Origin: Pseudogymnoascus verrucosus
Lineage: Eukaryota
Assembly: GCA_001662655.1 (NCBI GenBank)
Contig: KV460246.1
Length of the DNA stretch: 64,000 nt
Reading direction: 5' to 3' (one strand)
Positions 1-12,709 of the stretch are shown here, piece by piece. The notes beneath the pieces are model-generated. The model worked only from the letters and a program-made list of their open reading frames with translations, was not told the DNA's origin and did not search any database. Both the position numbers and the translations under genes were made by a program. How positions within the stretch are numbered: the stretch's first letter is position 1; each line of letters opens with the position of its first letter.

Positions 1-42
1 CCCCACCTGACATTTCCACATCTAACTCTCCCTCTCCTATAG

Positions 43-293
43 CATCAGGCTCTGCCGCTCAAAGCCCAACCGGTGGCCCTGTCGCCACAATGACCACCGG
101 TTCTCAGGGATTCAATGCCATCGCTGGCTCTTCCAGCGCTCCCACGGGATCAGCTGCGAACCCCACCTCCCCGGACGCTGAGGCACAGTCACAGACGAAA
201 GACTCGTCGGCTTCTTCCTTACTCGGCACACACTTCACCCTCTATATTGCCGCACTCATCGCCACCACCGCTGCTGCCGTCACGGTCTTCTAG
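43..293 (+). CDS. Last exon of a Ser/Thr/Ala-rich, probably GPI-anchored secreted protein (5' part outside window)
   Basis: CTAAC branch (22-26) and TAG acceptor (40-42), then an open frame SGSAAQSPTGGPVATMTTG... ending in a hydrophobic tail (LYIAALIATTAAAVTVF*) typical of a GPI signal. Confidence 0.65.
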
Positions 294-1129
294 ATGGCCC
301 CGCGACATCATATTTCTAGCCGCTCAACTCTCTTTCCGAGCTGGCATCACTCATTTTGTACTTAGCGTGTTCTGTTGTTCTTTTTTTCTTCTGCATTTTT
401 GCATCATTCATCACACTACGACGAGATAGCTGGGACTCTCTTGGGGATCGTGCAACGTACACAGGCCGCGGTGGATGGAGGCGGGGCTGTGTGGGAGGCG
501 GGGGGTTACTGGGGGATAGGATACATTCTTGCATTGGCAATGCATTTTGTTTGAGAGGTGGAGAGGGGGGATGATTGTAATAGGGGACGGAACTGCATAT
601 ATTCATGGCCGGCTGTACATATACATACACTGCATTGTCCGTTTTTAAGGGACGGACTGATACATATTGGAGGGGGGTGCGCCGCGTTGGGAGGGGCGGC
701 GCTGGTAATGGAAACATATTTGAAGTGGTTTTATAGTTTTTGTGCCGTGCTTATCTTTTATTGTCTCCATGTGAAGAATTTACAGCGCCTTGAGGAATGT
801 ACTAAGTAGATACCAGTATTTCCCTGTACTTGCTCCATTCACATCTAATCTATCACCAAATTCACGCATTCAACAAAGTGAGACGTCAAGTTTTTAACGC
901 CATGATATGATGGCAAAATTCATTCATATTCCCTCACGCCATAGCTAACTAGCTTTTTACAAACAAAAGAAGCACCCAGTAACACCCAGCAACCTTCCCT
1001 CTCTCTATCACAGCCATCCATACAATTGAGTCCTTCAGTACAAAAATATGGTATTCGCCCAATGATGTAGCTGTAGCTGTGATGTGAAGCAACACAACAG
1101 AGGTTTCGTATAGCAATAGCGAGACAAAA

Positions 1130-2830
1130 TTAAGCCTTGGACTTCTTCGCTCTCTTAGCTGGCTTCTCGGCGACAGCCTTCTCCTCTACGACGGGGGCGG
1201 CAGCGGCTTTCTTGGCCTTGGTAGGCTTCGCAGCGACGACGACGGGCTCCTCGACGACCTTCTTCTCGGCAGCGGCTCTCTTGGGTCTAGTAGCCTTCTC
1301 GACGACTGGCTTCTCGACGACAGCAGGAGCGGCGGCGGCAGCCTTCAAGTCACCAGTAGAAGCCTTGCCCTTAACCTTCTTCTGCTTCTTCTTGCTTGGC
1401 TCCTCGGTCTCGACGGCTTCGGCTTTGCGCTTAGACTCCTTGACCGGCTCGACTGGCTTAACGACCTCAACAGGCTTAGGCTCCTCAACCACGACCTCCT
1501 CCGCAGCCTCGACCTCGGGCTCGGCCTCAACCACGACCTTCTGACGCGGAGTCTTCGGGACGCCCTTCGCGGACTTGAGAGCGGGAGCTTCGAATTCATA
1601 TCCGATCGCCTTCAACTTCTCCTTCTTCTCCTCTCTCCTCTTCGTCTCCTTCGCATTGCGCTTCTCCCATCCCGCCTCATCGAGTCCGGCGTTCAACTTG
1701 CGCCCCTCCATCTTATTCCATGGCACCTTCTTGAAGCGTTTATTCGCTCCCTCCCACAGACTAGCATGGACCTGCTCCTCCGGCACGACCTTGCACTTGA
1801 GGATATGCTTGAAAAGCAGGTAATTATCCATCGTCTTGCTGACGATCTCCGCCACGTCAGCGGACGCGAATTGCACGAAGGCGTAGTGCTTGCTGTTTCC
1901 CGTCTTGCGATTGCGCGACAGGCGCAGCTGCGTGATGTCGCCGAACTGCTTGAAGTATTGGCGCATCTCGTGCTCGTAGAAGCCGTGGGGGATGCGGCCT
2001 AGGTAGACTGTGCCGGGACCGGAGGAGACGGATTTTTGGGCGGCGAGCTTGGCGAGCTTGGATTTGGCTTTTTTGGAGAGTTCGGGGATGGGCTCGCCGT
2101 TGTAGGCGGGCTCGGAGGTGCCGTTGGCGGGGGTCTCTTCGTCGTCGTCGCTCTCGAAACCTTGGAGGAGGGCGGCGGTTTGGTCGTCCATCTCGATGTC
2201 GGAGTCTTCTTGGGCTTCGGCTTCAGCTTCGACTTCGGCGTCGGCGGCGGGGGCTTTGGCGGCCTTTGCTTTCTTGGCTTTGAGGGCGGCTTCAGCGTCC
2301 GGGGCGTCCTTCATCTCCTTCAACTTCTTCCTGTTCTCGGAGAGAGGCTTATCGGCGGCCTTGGTCTTCTTGCCCTTCTTCTCCTCAGTAACCTCGGCGA
2401 CAACTGGTGTGGCGGCAGCCTTGGTCTTCTTGGTCTTCTTCTCTTCGGTGGCCTCGGCGACGACGGGTGCGGCGGCAGCCTTGGTGGCCTTCTTGGTTGT
2501 TGGCTTCTCTACCTTGGGGGACTCGACGACGGCTGGCGGGGCGGCGGCTTTGGTGGCCTTGGTCTTCTTGACTTCGGGGGTGCCATTCTCAGCGGCTGGA
2601 AATAGTCGTTAGTCATTGTTTAGATTGATCAAAGGTTTGGTTTGTATGCTTACTCTTGCGTTTCTTTGCAGGTGTGTCAACGGTCACCTTCTTCTCCTTC
2701 TTTGCGACCTCGACCTCATCGTCGTTGGCAGCAGCTAAAAATTTCGTTAGTCCGAGGTTCAATTTGTTATTCCGACAAGATAAAAGTAATCCATACCCTT
2801 GCGCTTCTTGGACTTGAGCTCTGGTGCCAT
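1130..2830 (-). CDS. NOP15: Nucleolar RRM ribosome-biogenesis protein (Nop15/NIFK family), 3 exons
   Basis: RRM with VYLGRIPHGFYE and SKHYAFVQF, followed by ANKRFKKVPW; K/A/E-rich flanks; ATG 2830 (MAPELKSKKRK); introns about 2796-2735 and 2653-2596. Confidence 0.9.
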
Positions 2831-3248
2831 TTTTTATAATGGTCGGGGTGGGATTGAGGAGGTGGTTTTGTTTGTGAAGGTTCGGTGGAATTGACCTCGT
2901 TCCCACCTTGAACTTTTTGAAAAACAAATTGTTATCGCGCGCTAAGATCTGGGGGTGCGGGTGCTGAGGCCGCTAGCGTACTTTTGGGGTTTGGAGGGTC
3001 TTCAGGTGGTAGCTTCAACAAACTTAAATCGAAAGAGGAACAGTACGTGTTAATTACGATTTTATTTTCTGATTTATATAATCCGAGAGACGTTCCTGTT
3101 GGATATTTTACAGTTTATAACCTTACTGTTCGACTGATAACTTTGTACACTAAAGTGTGCACAGTTGATGGGCAAGGCAACCTATAGCTTCAACGAGCTT
3201 CGAAATAGGCGTCAATCCGTTCGCCTCTACGAAGGCAGGAACTTGAAA

Positions 3249-3967
3249 ATGTCACACAACGAAATCTGGGACGACTCTGCCCTTGTGGACTCGTGGAATG
3301 ATGCCCTCGAAGAATATAAGGTCTGTCAATGTTGTCACGTGAGAAGTTGGATATTGACCCATCGCAGCATTATCATTCTCTACATGCCCGCGGCGAAACA
3401 GCTGAAGACGCAATTGCCAACCATGAGAAAGAAAGCAACTCGTCAGTACTAGATTCCATTTCCATCTGCTTTGCGGGACTGAACTCTCTTTTATAGGAAA
3501 GCTGCCGAACGCATAACGAAGGAGAATGGCGCCCCGGAGGAAACAGAAGCCGGAATGGTAATGGACGATTCCGAGGGACCGAGGGTAAGGAAAGGGGATG
3601 AAAACTCGTCAGCCCAGCAAGAGCATGAGGTAAGGACCCTGCAAGGCAATCTCGTTGAAATCTCCCTTGGCATCTAATTTGATTAATATGACAACTTCAG
3701 GTGAACGATAAGGTTTCCCTTGGCGAAGGAGATGGACAAAGCACTACGAAACCAAACGGTGGCCCTTCCTCAGCACAGCCACCGCTGCCGCAGCATCTTA
3801 TTGGAGCAGGTGAGTTACGTCCGACGGTGGTGGTGGAAACAGCACTGACGATTGCAGTTGGTGACGAAAATCTGAAGAACCTCTTAATGTCGTGGTATTA
3901 CGCGGGCTACTACACGGGCCTCTATGAGGGGCAGCAGAAGGTCAAGCCGGCGGATGAGGGAAAGTAA
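3249..3967 (+). CDS. SMN1: Survival motor neuron (SMN)-like protein, 5 exons
   Basis: N-terminal Gemin2-binding motif EIWDDSALVDSWNDALEEYK and C-terminal YG box NLLMSWYYAGYYTGLY; four GT-AG introns join the frames; an in-frame upstream ATG exists at 3168. Confidence 0.88.
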
Positions 3968-5039
3968 GGTGCTAATTACGGCCTAATTGGTCACATCGAC
4001 TGGGAAAGACTGCGATTCTGGGACGGGACGGGTTTGGGGACAGCCAGGGGTGACAAAAGATGGCCTGATCCCAATACGTGTAAAAGTCCCTGCCTATGCA
4101 TGGCAGGTCCCAAAGAGTGGATTATTGAAAAGAAGACCCGCTTGCGCTTTGAGTTGCATTCTGTCAACCGTACGGAAAGGTGAAGTGCCATCGAAATCCA
4201 AGCGTTTCATGACTGGCCAGGGGTACATCAATATTCGGATTCTTCTGCGAAAGCACGGCGGCAGTTGGCTCCGGCCAAACATATACTGTGGCGTTCACGA
4301 TTTGGAAAGGCAATGTCAGGTCATGGAGAATACACAATTATAGATTCTTGTACCCAATGGAACAGATTAATAAAATCTCCAATAAGAACTCTTCGTCCGA
4401 TAATATTTGTGAGGTTGCAGGTTGGTCGACGTGTTGTCGTTTAAGGTTGTACCCCTGGCGCTTGAGCCTCCCGGCGCCGAGGGAGCTCAAACGCGATCCG
4501 AGACACGTCTCCGACGCCAAGTGTCGAGTATTCCCACATTTTCCAAAAATGGCCGGCCTCATCGATTTTGGCCTCCATGTTCTATGTTACATTCCTCAGT
4601 TCGATATGCCGATACCTGGTATAGTGCAAACATCGAGGCCCTGGCCCGGACGAAGTGCTTGCCGTGCGCATGGGCTGGCCATGTTTCGCGCCAGCCTCCA
4701 AGCCCTGGGGTTGCAGTCGGAGTGGAGTATCAGATTCGTAGGCCAATTTCATGCTTGATTTAAGTCCTCGACGTCCCCTACATTTCCTTCTTTCTTCATC
4801 ACTTCCGCGTTCCAACTTTCGCTTTATTGTTATTGTCTATTTTCTCTCTCATTTTTTATATTCTCGAGCAGGCTCTCGCCACTTTTATACTATTCCAACA
4901 GCTGCACTTCAGTTATATACGATCTTCACGTCGTTCAGCCAAAGTCAACACTCGATAGTTATTATTCCTTTCCGCTGAGCGGTTTATTATACTCGCATCT
5001 GTCTTATTACAGTCTACGCCAAATATCCTATCCGTCATC

Positions 5040-6111
5040 ATGAAGTTTTCCGCCGTTTCCGTCGCGCTCGCCGCCCTGCCGCTTGCTTTGGGAGGGTTGA
5101 TCGCAGAGCCTATTGCCGCAAGAAACGGGCACGTAGTAGAAGTTGTCCAGAAGGGAAACCAAGAGCACCAAAATGCACAGCAGCTTGCGAATGTGATTCA
5201 ACTGCAGGGCAACCAGCATTCCGTCGTTCAAGAAGTCATCATCCTATGGATCAACAGCGGTGCCGGAGCTGCAACCTCAGTTGTTAACGCTGCCGTCCCC
5301 ACTGCCGCAGCAGCTGCCGCTGCTGCCACCCACACCGTATGCTACCATTTTATTTCTCTCTTTCAAAGTCCTTTGCTAACAAATGCAGGTTGCTGTTGGT
5401 GGTAGCGCCGGTCTCGTTTTCGTTCCCGACACTGTCAACGCTGCCGTTGGCGACTCCGTTGTCTTCGTCTTCCACTCCCAAAACCACACCGTCACACAAT
5501 CTACTTTCGACACTCCTTGCGTGAAGCTCAAGGACGGCATGGACTCCGGCTTCATGCCCAACCCCAACAACACCATCGTCCCACCTCCAATGATGGCCAT
5601 GCAGGTCACCGTTGCCACCCCTCTCTGTAAGAACCTTCGCTTCCAGGACTTCAAATATCCAGTTTCTAACGTATCCAACAGGGTTCTACTGCAAGCAGGG
5701 CCCCCACTGCGGAAAGGGCATGACTTTCTCCATCAACCCAACCGCCGCTAAGACCCAGGCCGATTTCATGCAGTTGGCCATCGCCCAGAACGGCACTGGC
5801 GCCGCCGCCAACATCGTTGGAGGAACTACCAGCGTCGGAGCCGTTGCCGCCGCCACTACCGCTGCCGCCGCTGCCGCGACTAATGCTGTCGCCGCCGCTG
5901 GCACTGATATGGCCGCTGGCACTGGCGCTGCTGGCGCCGGAGGAGCTTGCGCTTGCTCTTGCTTCTGCGGTGTCTCCAGCTTCCCTCTCGCTGCACAAGG
6001 AGTTGGTGCTGTCGGTGGCATGTCTGGTTAGTTCTCTCCAACTCTCTCTTCTCACAATTCCTGATCTAACACATGGCAGGCTCGCTACCAATGGCTGCAC
6101 TGATGGGTTAA
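5040..6111 (+). CDS. Secreted cupredoxin-like Ser/Thr/Ala-rich protein, 4 exons
   Basis: Signal peptide MKFSAVSVALAALPLALG; NHTVTQSTFDTPC and WFYCKQGPHCGKGM supply H/C/H/M copper-type ligands; introns 5337-5388, 5627-5681, 6027-6079; ends GSLPMAALMG*. Confidence 0.85.
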
Positions 6112-6678
6112 GAGGTGGTTCGTTCGTTCGTCGTTGTGTAAAATTCATTGGCGCAGTTTCAAAACTTGAATTCGTGCGGTACCCACGGCGTCGCCCTTGA
6201 TAGGCTTGATGCACCGTTCTTGCATGTGGTGATAGATATATGGCTGGATCGTATTTTTGGATGTGGGCTTTAATTGTAGACTTTTGAGAAATGTATGAGT
6301 TTTCTGATATTCATGTTCGCGTTCAACGAAGTGACAATCATTTCATTACATGATTTTTGCCTTGACTGCACTGTGCTCCCACTCAGCATTTCCCTCTACC
6401 AACGTAATAATACTGATAATACGTGGACACGGGTCTCGTACGACGTAGCAGGACGGCAATAGTTTAGGACGATATGAGAATGCTTTGAAAATATTCGCTT
6501 TCCGTTAAAATCATCGCTGAAGAGAAATAAGCAATTCCAGGAAACACGATCTAAAAACAAAAGCCGGCTCTACGCCGGCAACCATGCCTTTCTCCACACT
6601 CTCATCTGAATTCCCAAGTTGTTTCTGAACCTTGTCGCCAACCCCCATCATCTTTTCATGAATACCGTCTTGGGAGTT

Positions 6679-7030
6679 CTACTTCTTTGCGGCACCATCG
6701 GCAGCTTTCTTGGCATCGGCTATAAGAAAGACTCGGATTAGTTCCATGTATCATAGTCGTGGGCCCTTCCAGCAGTTTCTGTCTTACCTGCGGCCTGCTT
6801 CTCTCTCATCTTGGCAGCGACGGCTTCCTTGGTGCGAGCCATTTCAGAGCCGGACATCTTGTTCTCGGATTTCTGCTCATTCAATATCCATTAGCTGCTA
6901 TTCCCAGGTCATTTTGACAAGCATAGACTATCTATGCTTCTCGGTGGCGATCGGCGCGAAGTCGTACCTGGCCAGCCAACTTCTTCTGGTTAGCCTCACG
7001 GGCCTTATCACGCTGGTTTCCACGAGCCAT
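6679..7030 (-). CDS. SERF/4F5-family small EDRK-rich protein (62 aa), 3 exons; absent from the ORF track
   Basis: Exons 7030-6968, 6872-6788 and 6719-6679 splice to MARGNQRDKAREANQKKLAGQKSENKMSGSEMARTKEAVAAKMREKQAAADAKKAADGAAKK*; MARGNQRD..RE is the 4F5/SERF signature. Confidence 0.9.
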
Positions 7031-8412
7031 GTCGAATAAACTTGATATATTGCGACGGGGTCTACTCGAGTGCCTGCCTGGCTAGCTTATAGTACTGCTT
7101 TGCTCGGGATGAAACTACGAAAGCGAGGCAGAGGAGGGAGGGGTGAAGTCGGAGAGGGATTATTTAGGCGGTGAGAGAGTTACTGCCTAAGGATCTGACT
7201 AATATGGCTAGCGTGACAGCGACTATAAGAAGATAGATAGGTGAATAAAGACGCCGCGCCTGATTTAACCACGCGCCGAAGAGGCTATTATCGGACTTTG
7301 TTAGTTATCGGCCAATTTCGCGTGCTATTAAAAGGCATCTTTAAGCGCTCGTATTCCCATTTTATCGGTGCGTGTGATATGAAGGACCAAACCACAGTGG
7401 ATGGCGGCTATGTTCCTGGCCTTTAGGCGCTTCGCCCCTGGCTCGTCTCGGCTACCAAGGCTACGCCCTAATAGGAAATGTTTGGTTGCGTCTCGCCCAA
7501 TACAAACTATGAAACGCCAAATCATCCCAGTCTCGTCCAGTCGCTACGTGAACGTCCATACCGCGTTGAAACGGCAGTAAGCGCTGGATAGACATACTCG
7601 TGGGTCTGCTCCTATGACTCCAGGCAAAGTATGGGGATGTGGTGTGGTCCACTGCGGCCTCTCTGTGCCCCTGCTTCTTGAACAGTCCGAGACTGGCAGA
7701 CCAGGATGTAGGACAACGATGTCTTTTGGCATGTCTCCATCGACCAATCAGCACATGTATTGAAACAAAAGGTTTCGAGTCTCAGAGTTGCGTCAGGTAG
7801 AAGTAGCAAGTTCTTTTTGTAGCATATTGACTATTGGATGACAGTTGCTGTCGGCAATGATGAAGCATAATAGTGTGGGTCATAAGAAAGGATAGTGATC
7901 TTCGACTGTCTTTGACGCCGTGATGTTTGAAAGAGCGCGTGGTGTAGCTTAAATTTTTAATAAAGAGTCATGGGTGCCTCGCGAAGTTGAATAGCATCGA
8001 TTTCCTATTGTCCGTTTTTCTATTCATTGTCTTGCTCTATTGTCCATTTCGATTCAGGGGACAATAACGACTGTGTCATTCAACCCCCTTCTTCGCTTCA
8101 GCACTGGTATATTTGATATATTACCCCATTTTCCACTTCAGAACTGTTCTTTTTTTTACAATATATACCAAACGATATCTCTCTTACCAACTCATTGCTT
8201 CGAATCACCAACTACTTGATTCATCCCTTCGATATCAACCAGGCCATTTACTTCATCCCGACGATACCAACCAATAGCTGCCGGCAGCCACAACTCTCCA
8301 CCAAAACCTACCAGCCCATCCACAAATATAACAGTAAGTGCCTTGAGAAGTTCTCATTTCAGTCGCTAATTGCCTCCTCAGTCTCTCCATTCTCATCCAC
8401 ACATCCGCCAAA

Positions 8413-9225
8413 ATGTTCAACATCCTTTCCCTGTTCCAAAACTTCAAGAAGACTGGCGCCGGCTATGTCATTCTCAACATCATCCGAGTCCTCAACATTA
8501 TCACGTTGGGTCTTATTGTTGCGGGTAGCTGGATCATGCTCGTCAGGACTGTCCAGACTTCCAACTTCTTTTTCTTCGACGGCGTTACCCACTTTGCCAC
8601 GAGCACAATCAGCATATTTCTGATCCTTTCAGAGCTCTGTCTCTTCAAAAGCTGGTTCTCAAGAAACTGGCCTTTGTTGAGCGAGGAGTCAGGCCTTATC
8701 ACTTTGGCTTTGTCTATGACGATTCTGGGTTGCAATCTGCTTGGCAACCTCAACAAGCCTGCAACTTCGCAAGAAGCTATTGGCATGTCATTCTGGAGTG
8801 TGGTCGTTGCTGGAGGCATCCTCGGTCTTGTCTTTGGAGTCATCAACTTCATTGCTCATTACGCCTTCCGCATTCGCAAGAAGGGCATTACATCCCGCCA
8901 AATCAGAGCCCACGGCGCCAAAGTCTTGCTCGACGACCTACCAAAGTCGGTGCGCAGCAACTCAACTGGAACCAGGTCATTCGAGCTTCCCCAGTACACC
9001 AAGGAGAATGAGAACCGCCAGTCAAAATTCAAACTTGGCAACTTCAAGTTCAACAACCCAATCCGCTCATCGCTCATCTCGAGGCCTGTTCCCACCAACA
9101 CCGAGCAGTTCAAGGAATGGGAAGACCGTTGCGAACCTATCAACAACAAGCTTCAGGTACCACCACCAGCGCGCCACCCAGCCTACACTGCATCTGTGTA
9201 CAGCCGCAACAGTGGAGCATTTTAG
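8413..9225 (+). CDS. Uncharacterised fungal membrane protein (about 4 TM helices, then a polar C-terminal tail)
   Basis: 270-aa ORF with four hydrophobic segments in residues 15-150; probable 5'UTR intron about 8334-8381 (GTAAGT...GCTAAT...CAG). Confidence 0.8.
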   Translation: MFNILSLFQNFKKTGAGYVILNIIRVLNIITLGLIVAGSWIMLVRTVQTSNFFFFDGVTHFATSTISIFLILSELCLFKSWFSRNWPLLSEESGLITLALSMTILGCNLLGNLNKPATSQEAIGMSFWSVVVAGGILGLVFGVINFIAHYAFRIRKKGITSRQIRAHGAKVLLDDLPKSVRSNSTGTRSFELPQYTKENENRQSKFKLGNFKFNNPIRSSLISRPVPTNTEQFKEWEDRCEPINNKLQVPPPARHPAYTASVYSRNSGAF

Positions 9226-9624
9226 GTGCAGCATGGGTATCATTGGAATTTATGGTGTATGATTGCGTATTGTTTGTTTTAACTATGGAGTTCGGGGTGG
9301 TGTTGGTACAGGCGTCGGAAGATTTGCATGGTCATTACGTCCAGACGGGCAGTTCACACTTTATAAACCAAATAATATTATTTCCATCGCAGAGATTTTT
9401 GAGTGAACTATGTATTAATGTCTAGCCTTTGAATTGAAGAATACTGTGGTGAATAAAAGATCCTTTCTTGTCGTGTTGGCTGCAATGTCAAAAGTGAGAA
9501 CAAACTTCATGCCTAAATTTCAAGGCTCCCTCAACCCAGCCAGGTCGATCAATATTTTTGGTATTGAAAGTACAGAACGGACAACCAGTTATCGGGCTAT
9601 ACAATTCCCACTCTCTCCCTCTCT

Positions 9625-10458
9625 ATGCTCCTCGGTCGCACTCTGCGAGCCATTCGAATAGATCGTTTTCCCCAAAGACTTCATCCACTCCACCGCTTCT
9701 ACACAATGGCGCCCAGTAAGCTACCTGACCCCTCCTCTCCCCCGCACCCCCCATTGCCCTACCGTCGCAAGTTACTTCAACATAGAGCGCAAGCTGACTT
9801 GTTGCAGCAGCAACCCTCCCCAAGGATGTCCGTCCAATCATCATCTCCGGCCCCTCGGGCGTTGGCAAAGGCACTCTCTACAAGATGCTCCAAGATGCGC
9901 ACCCGAACGTCTTCGAGACGAGCATATCACACACAACCCGCGGCGCAAGGCCAGGGGAGGCCCACGAAAAGGACTACTACTTCGTGAAGATGGAGGATTT
10001 TGAGGATCTTATTTCGAAGGAGGGGTTCGTGGAGCATGCCCAGTTTGGGGGAAACAGATACGGGACGAGCAGGGAGATGATTGAGAGGTTGACCAAGGAG
10101 GGGAAGGTGGTTATTCTGGATATTGAGATGGAGGTACGTTATTCTCTACTTTTGGAGTAGGTGGAGAGGTTGGAGTTCGACTGTGGCTGACAGTAGTATA
10201 CAGGGTGTTAAGCAGATCAAGAACACAACTCTCGATGCCAGATACGTGTTTATCGCACCGCCAAACTTCGAGGCTCTCGAGTCCAGATTAAGAGGCAGAG
10301 GGACAGAGAAGGAGGAGAGCATCCAGAAGCGACTGACACAGGCTAAGGCCGAGTTGGAGTATTCGAAGGTTGAGGGGGTTCACGACAAGATCATCGTGAA
10401 TGATGATAAGCAGAAGGCATTTGAGGAGTTGAACGAATTTGTTTTCGGAAAGGAGTAA
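9625..10458 (+). CDS. GUK1: Guanylate kinase, 3 exons; alternative starts at 9625 and 9706
   Basis: P-loop IISGPSGVGKGTL, SISHTTRGARPGE, GNRYGTS, RLRGRGTE; introns 9716-9807 (CAGCAG tandem acceptor) and 10134-10203. Confidence 0.95.
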
Positions 10459-10835
10459 ATAAAGTAGGATACATATCTGTGGGAAAGAGTGAGGTGTACA
10501 AATGGGCAATTGGGGTTAATGCGAGTAACCCGGCGCTTGGTAGACAAGTAGACAAGAAATAGACGTATTGAGAATCTTGCCGCATAATATTCGGTATCCC
10601 AATAGAAACCTTATTATGACGAATTGAACATCAACTTTGGTGCTTGGTGACTTATTTATAAACTTATCTCGGGAAATGTGATTTTATAACCACTATCGCG
10701 TCCCGTCGCGCTTACCACCTCGGCTTTTCTTTTACACGCTCCAGAGAACTTCATGGGATTACGTGTCTTTGAGGGATCTCTAAATTTCTAATTGAAGGGT
10801 TCTCGGCATATAAAAATGCCTTGACCAAGTTTTCG

Positions 10836-12464
10836 ATGAAGGCCAGGAAAATGCCTCTGTCACGATCTAATTCTTGTGTTGATGTTGACTTCACACTCCG
10901 ACGCGTGTTTGGCAAGACCGCTTTCAGGTAGGCCATTATTGTTCCCCCGTCACATCCGGATTAAATACGTGCTAATTATATATTCTACAAGGCCGGTCCA
11001 GCGAGAAGTAGTCATTGAGGCCCTTGATGGCAAAGACATCTTTCTCCAGGCAGCCACTTCGTTTGGCAAGAGTCTGTGCTATCAGTTACCGGCAGTAATC
11101 GATCATGGCAGTGAGTCCAGCAGAGTATAATACACCAGGTCTTTTCTAATCTTAATAGTAACTATCGTCATTTCTCCGTTATTGTCTCTCATGGTAAGTA
11201 AATAAAAAGTTATTCAACCTCAATTTCTGACGTCCCACAGAGCAACCAAGTAGAGGCTCTGACGGCAGCTGGAATAAACGCAGCAGCCATAAATAGCACC
11301 ACCAAGCAATCAGAGAAGCAGCAAATCCTCAGAGATCTAGCGACTGGACATCCTCTCACTCGTCTTCTGTACATCACGCCGGAGTCATGTGCCTTGGATT
11401 ACATCCGCCGCCACCTGACCCTAGTCTACGAGCAGAAAGAGCTGGCCCGTATCGCCGTGGACGAGGCCCATTGCATATCTGAATGGGGCCACGATTTTCG
11501 TCCAGCGTTCAAGGAATTACGATGGTTCAGAGAGAGCTTTCCGGATGTCCCGGTCATGTGTCTGACGGCTACGGCGACGACCAGTGTGCGTCAGGATGTC
11601 ATCCGAATTCTGGGGCTGAAAGAGGAACGTATAAAGATATTTACCATGACAACAAGCCGACAGAATCTACATTACGAGGTCAGATTCAAGACCGATGAGG
11701 ACGACCAATTCGACGATTTCCTACGTTGGCTGGAGAAGGTTTATGTGCGAAGGCGAGAAAACAAAGAGAGAAACGCTGAATTGCAGGCACGCGGAGAACG
11801 AATAGACAATGTGCCCGGGATTATATACGCTCTCATGCGGAGTGAATGCGAGAGCATTGCTACTCGCCTCCGCTCTCACGACATAGGGGCTCGGCCATAC
11901 CACGCTGGGCTGAGCACACAAGAGCGGAGTGAGACGCTCACAAAGTGGGTTAACAATGAGCCTGGGTACGATGTGATAGTTGCCACGACAGCGTTTGGCA
12001 TGGGCATCGACAAAGAAAATGTCCGCTTCGTCGTGCATTGGCAACTACCCAAGTCATTCGAGGGATACTACCAGGAAGCCGGCCGAGCTGGCCGTGACGG
12101 GAAAGCAAGCGCGTGTATCTTGTATTATAGTCGCGAAGACCGAGACAGGGCCATCAACAACATTGCCCGAGACCATGCAAGAGACAGGAACAGCAAGAAT
12201 AAACAGAACTACGAGTCAAGGATGAAGAGTTTGCAGTATCTGGCTGAGTATTGCGAGGATACGAATATGTGTCGGCATCAGTTGATTTGCAGGTATTTTG
12301 GAGAGTCGACGATACCTGTTTGCAAGTGGGCTTGCGATTGGCATAAGGATTCCAAGGCGTTGAAGAAGGCTAAGAGGGATGGGTTGGCGAGTGAGGAGTG
12401 GGTGAGCACGCAGAGGGATATGGGTGCTTTCAATGATGGGTGGGATGATGAGTATGATTGTTGA
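10836..12464 (+). CDS. RecQ-family DNA helicase (short form), 4 exons
   Basis: Motif 0 FGKTAFRPVQRE, QAATSFGKSLCYQLP, VDEAHCISEWGHDFRP, LTATAT, ATTAFGMGIDK, YYQEAGRAGRDG, and a Zn-binding CRH...YFG...CKWACDWH segment. Confidence 0.92.
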
Positions 12465-12709
12465 TGATAGCAAATTTATGAGTATCAAGCAAACCTTATG
12501 ATTGAGTAAAATCTTTGATGTATTTTTGTAGCTGTGATCCTAAAGTTAGCCTCGATATTTTTCTATCTGTCCTGTTGCCATTGTTGTTAGTTGTTCGTTG
12601 ATTAATTGCCCGTTTGATTTATTAGTTATAAATAATCTCGAAAATATTCACGAATAATTTTATCTTTAACATATGACTTTTTTTATTTTGTATTCATCCC
12701 AGTCACAGC

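Noticed and set aside
2357..2570. Repeated K/A/T-rich units in the NOP15 N-terminus
   Set aside because: Ordinary low-complexity expansion of a nucleolar protein tail
3987..4980. Several 60-156 aa ORFs between SMN and the cupredoxin gene
   Set aside because: They overlap in several frames with no codon bias or motifs; better explained as UTR and promoter sequence
7851..7920. Possible C/D snoRNA (CGGC-AATGATGA ... TTGA-CGCCG)
   Set aside because: The D box is TTGA rather than CTGA and I could not identify an rRNA-complementary guide; it would need an Infernal/snoscan search
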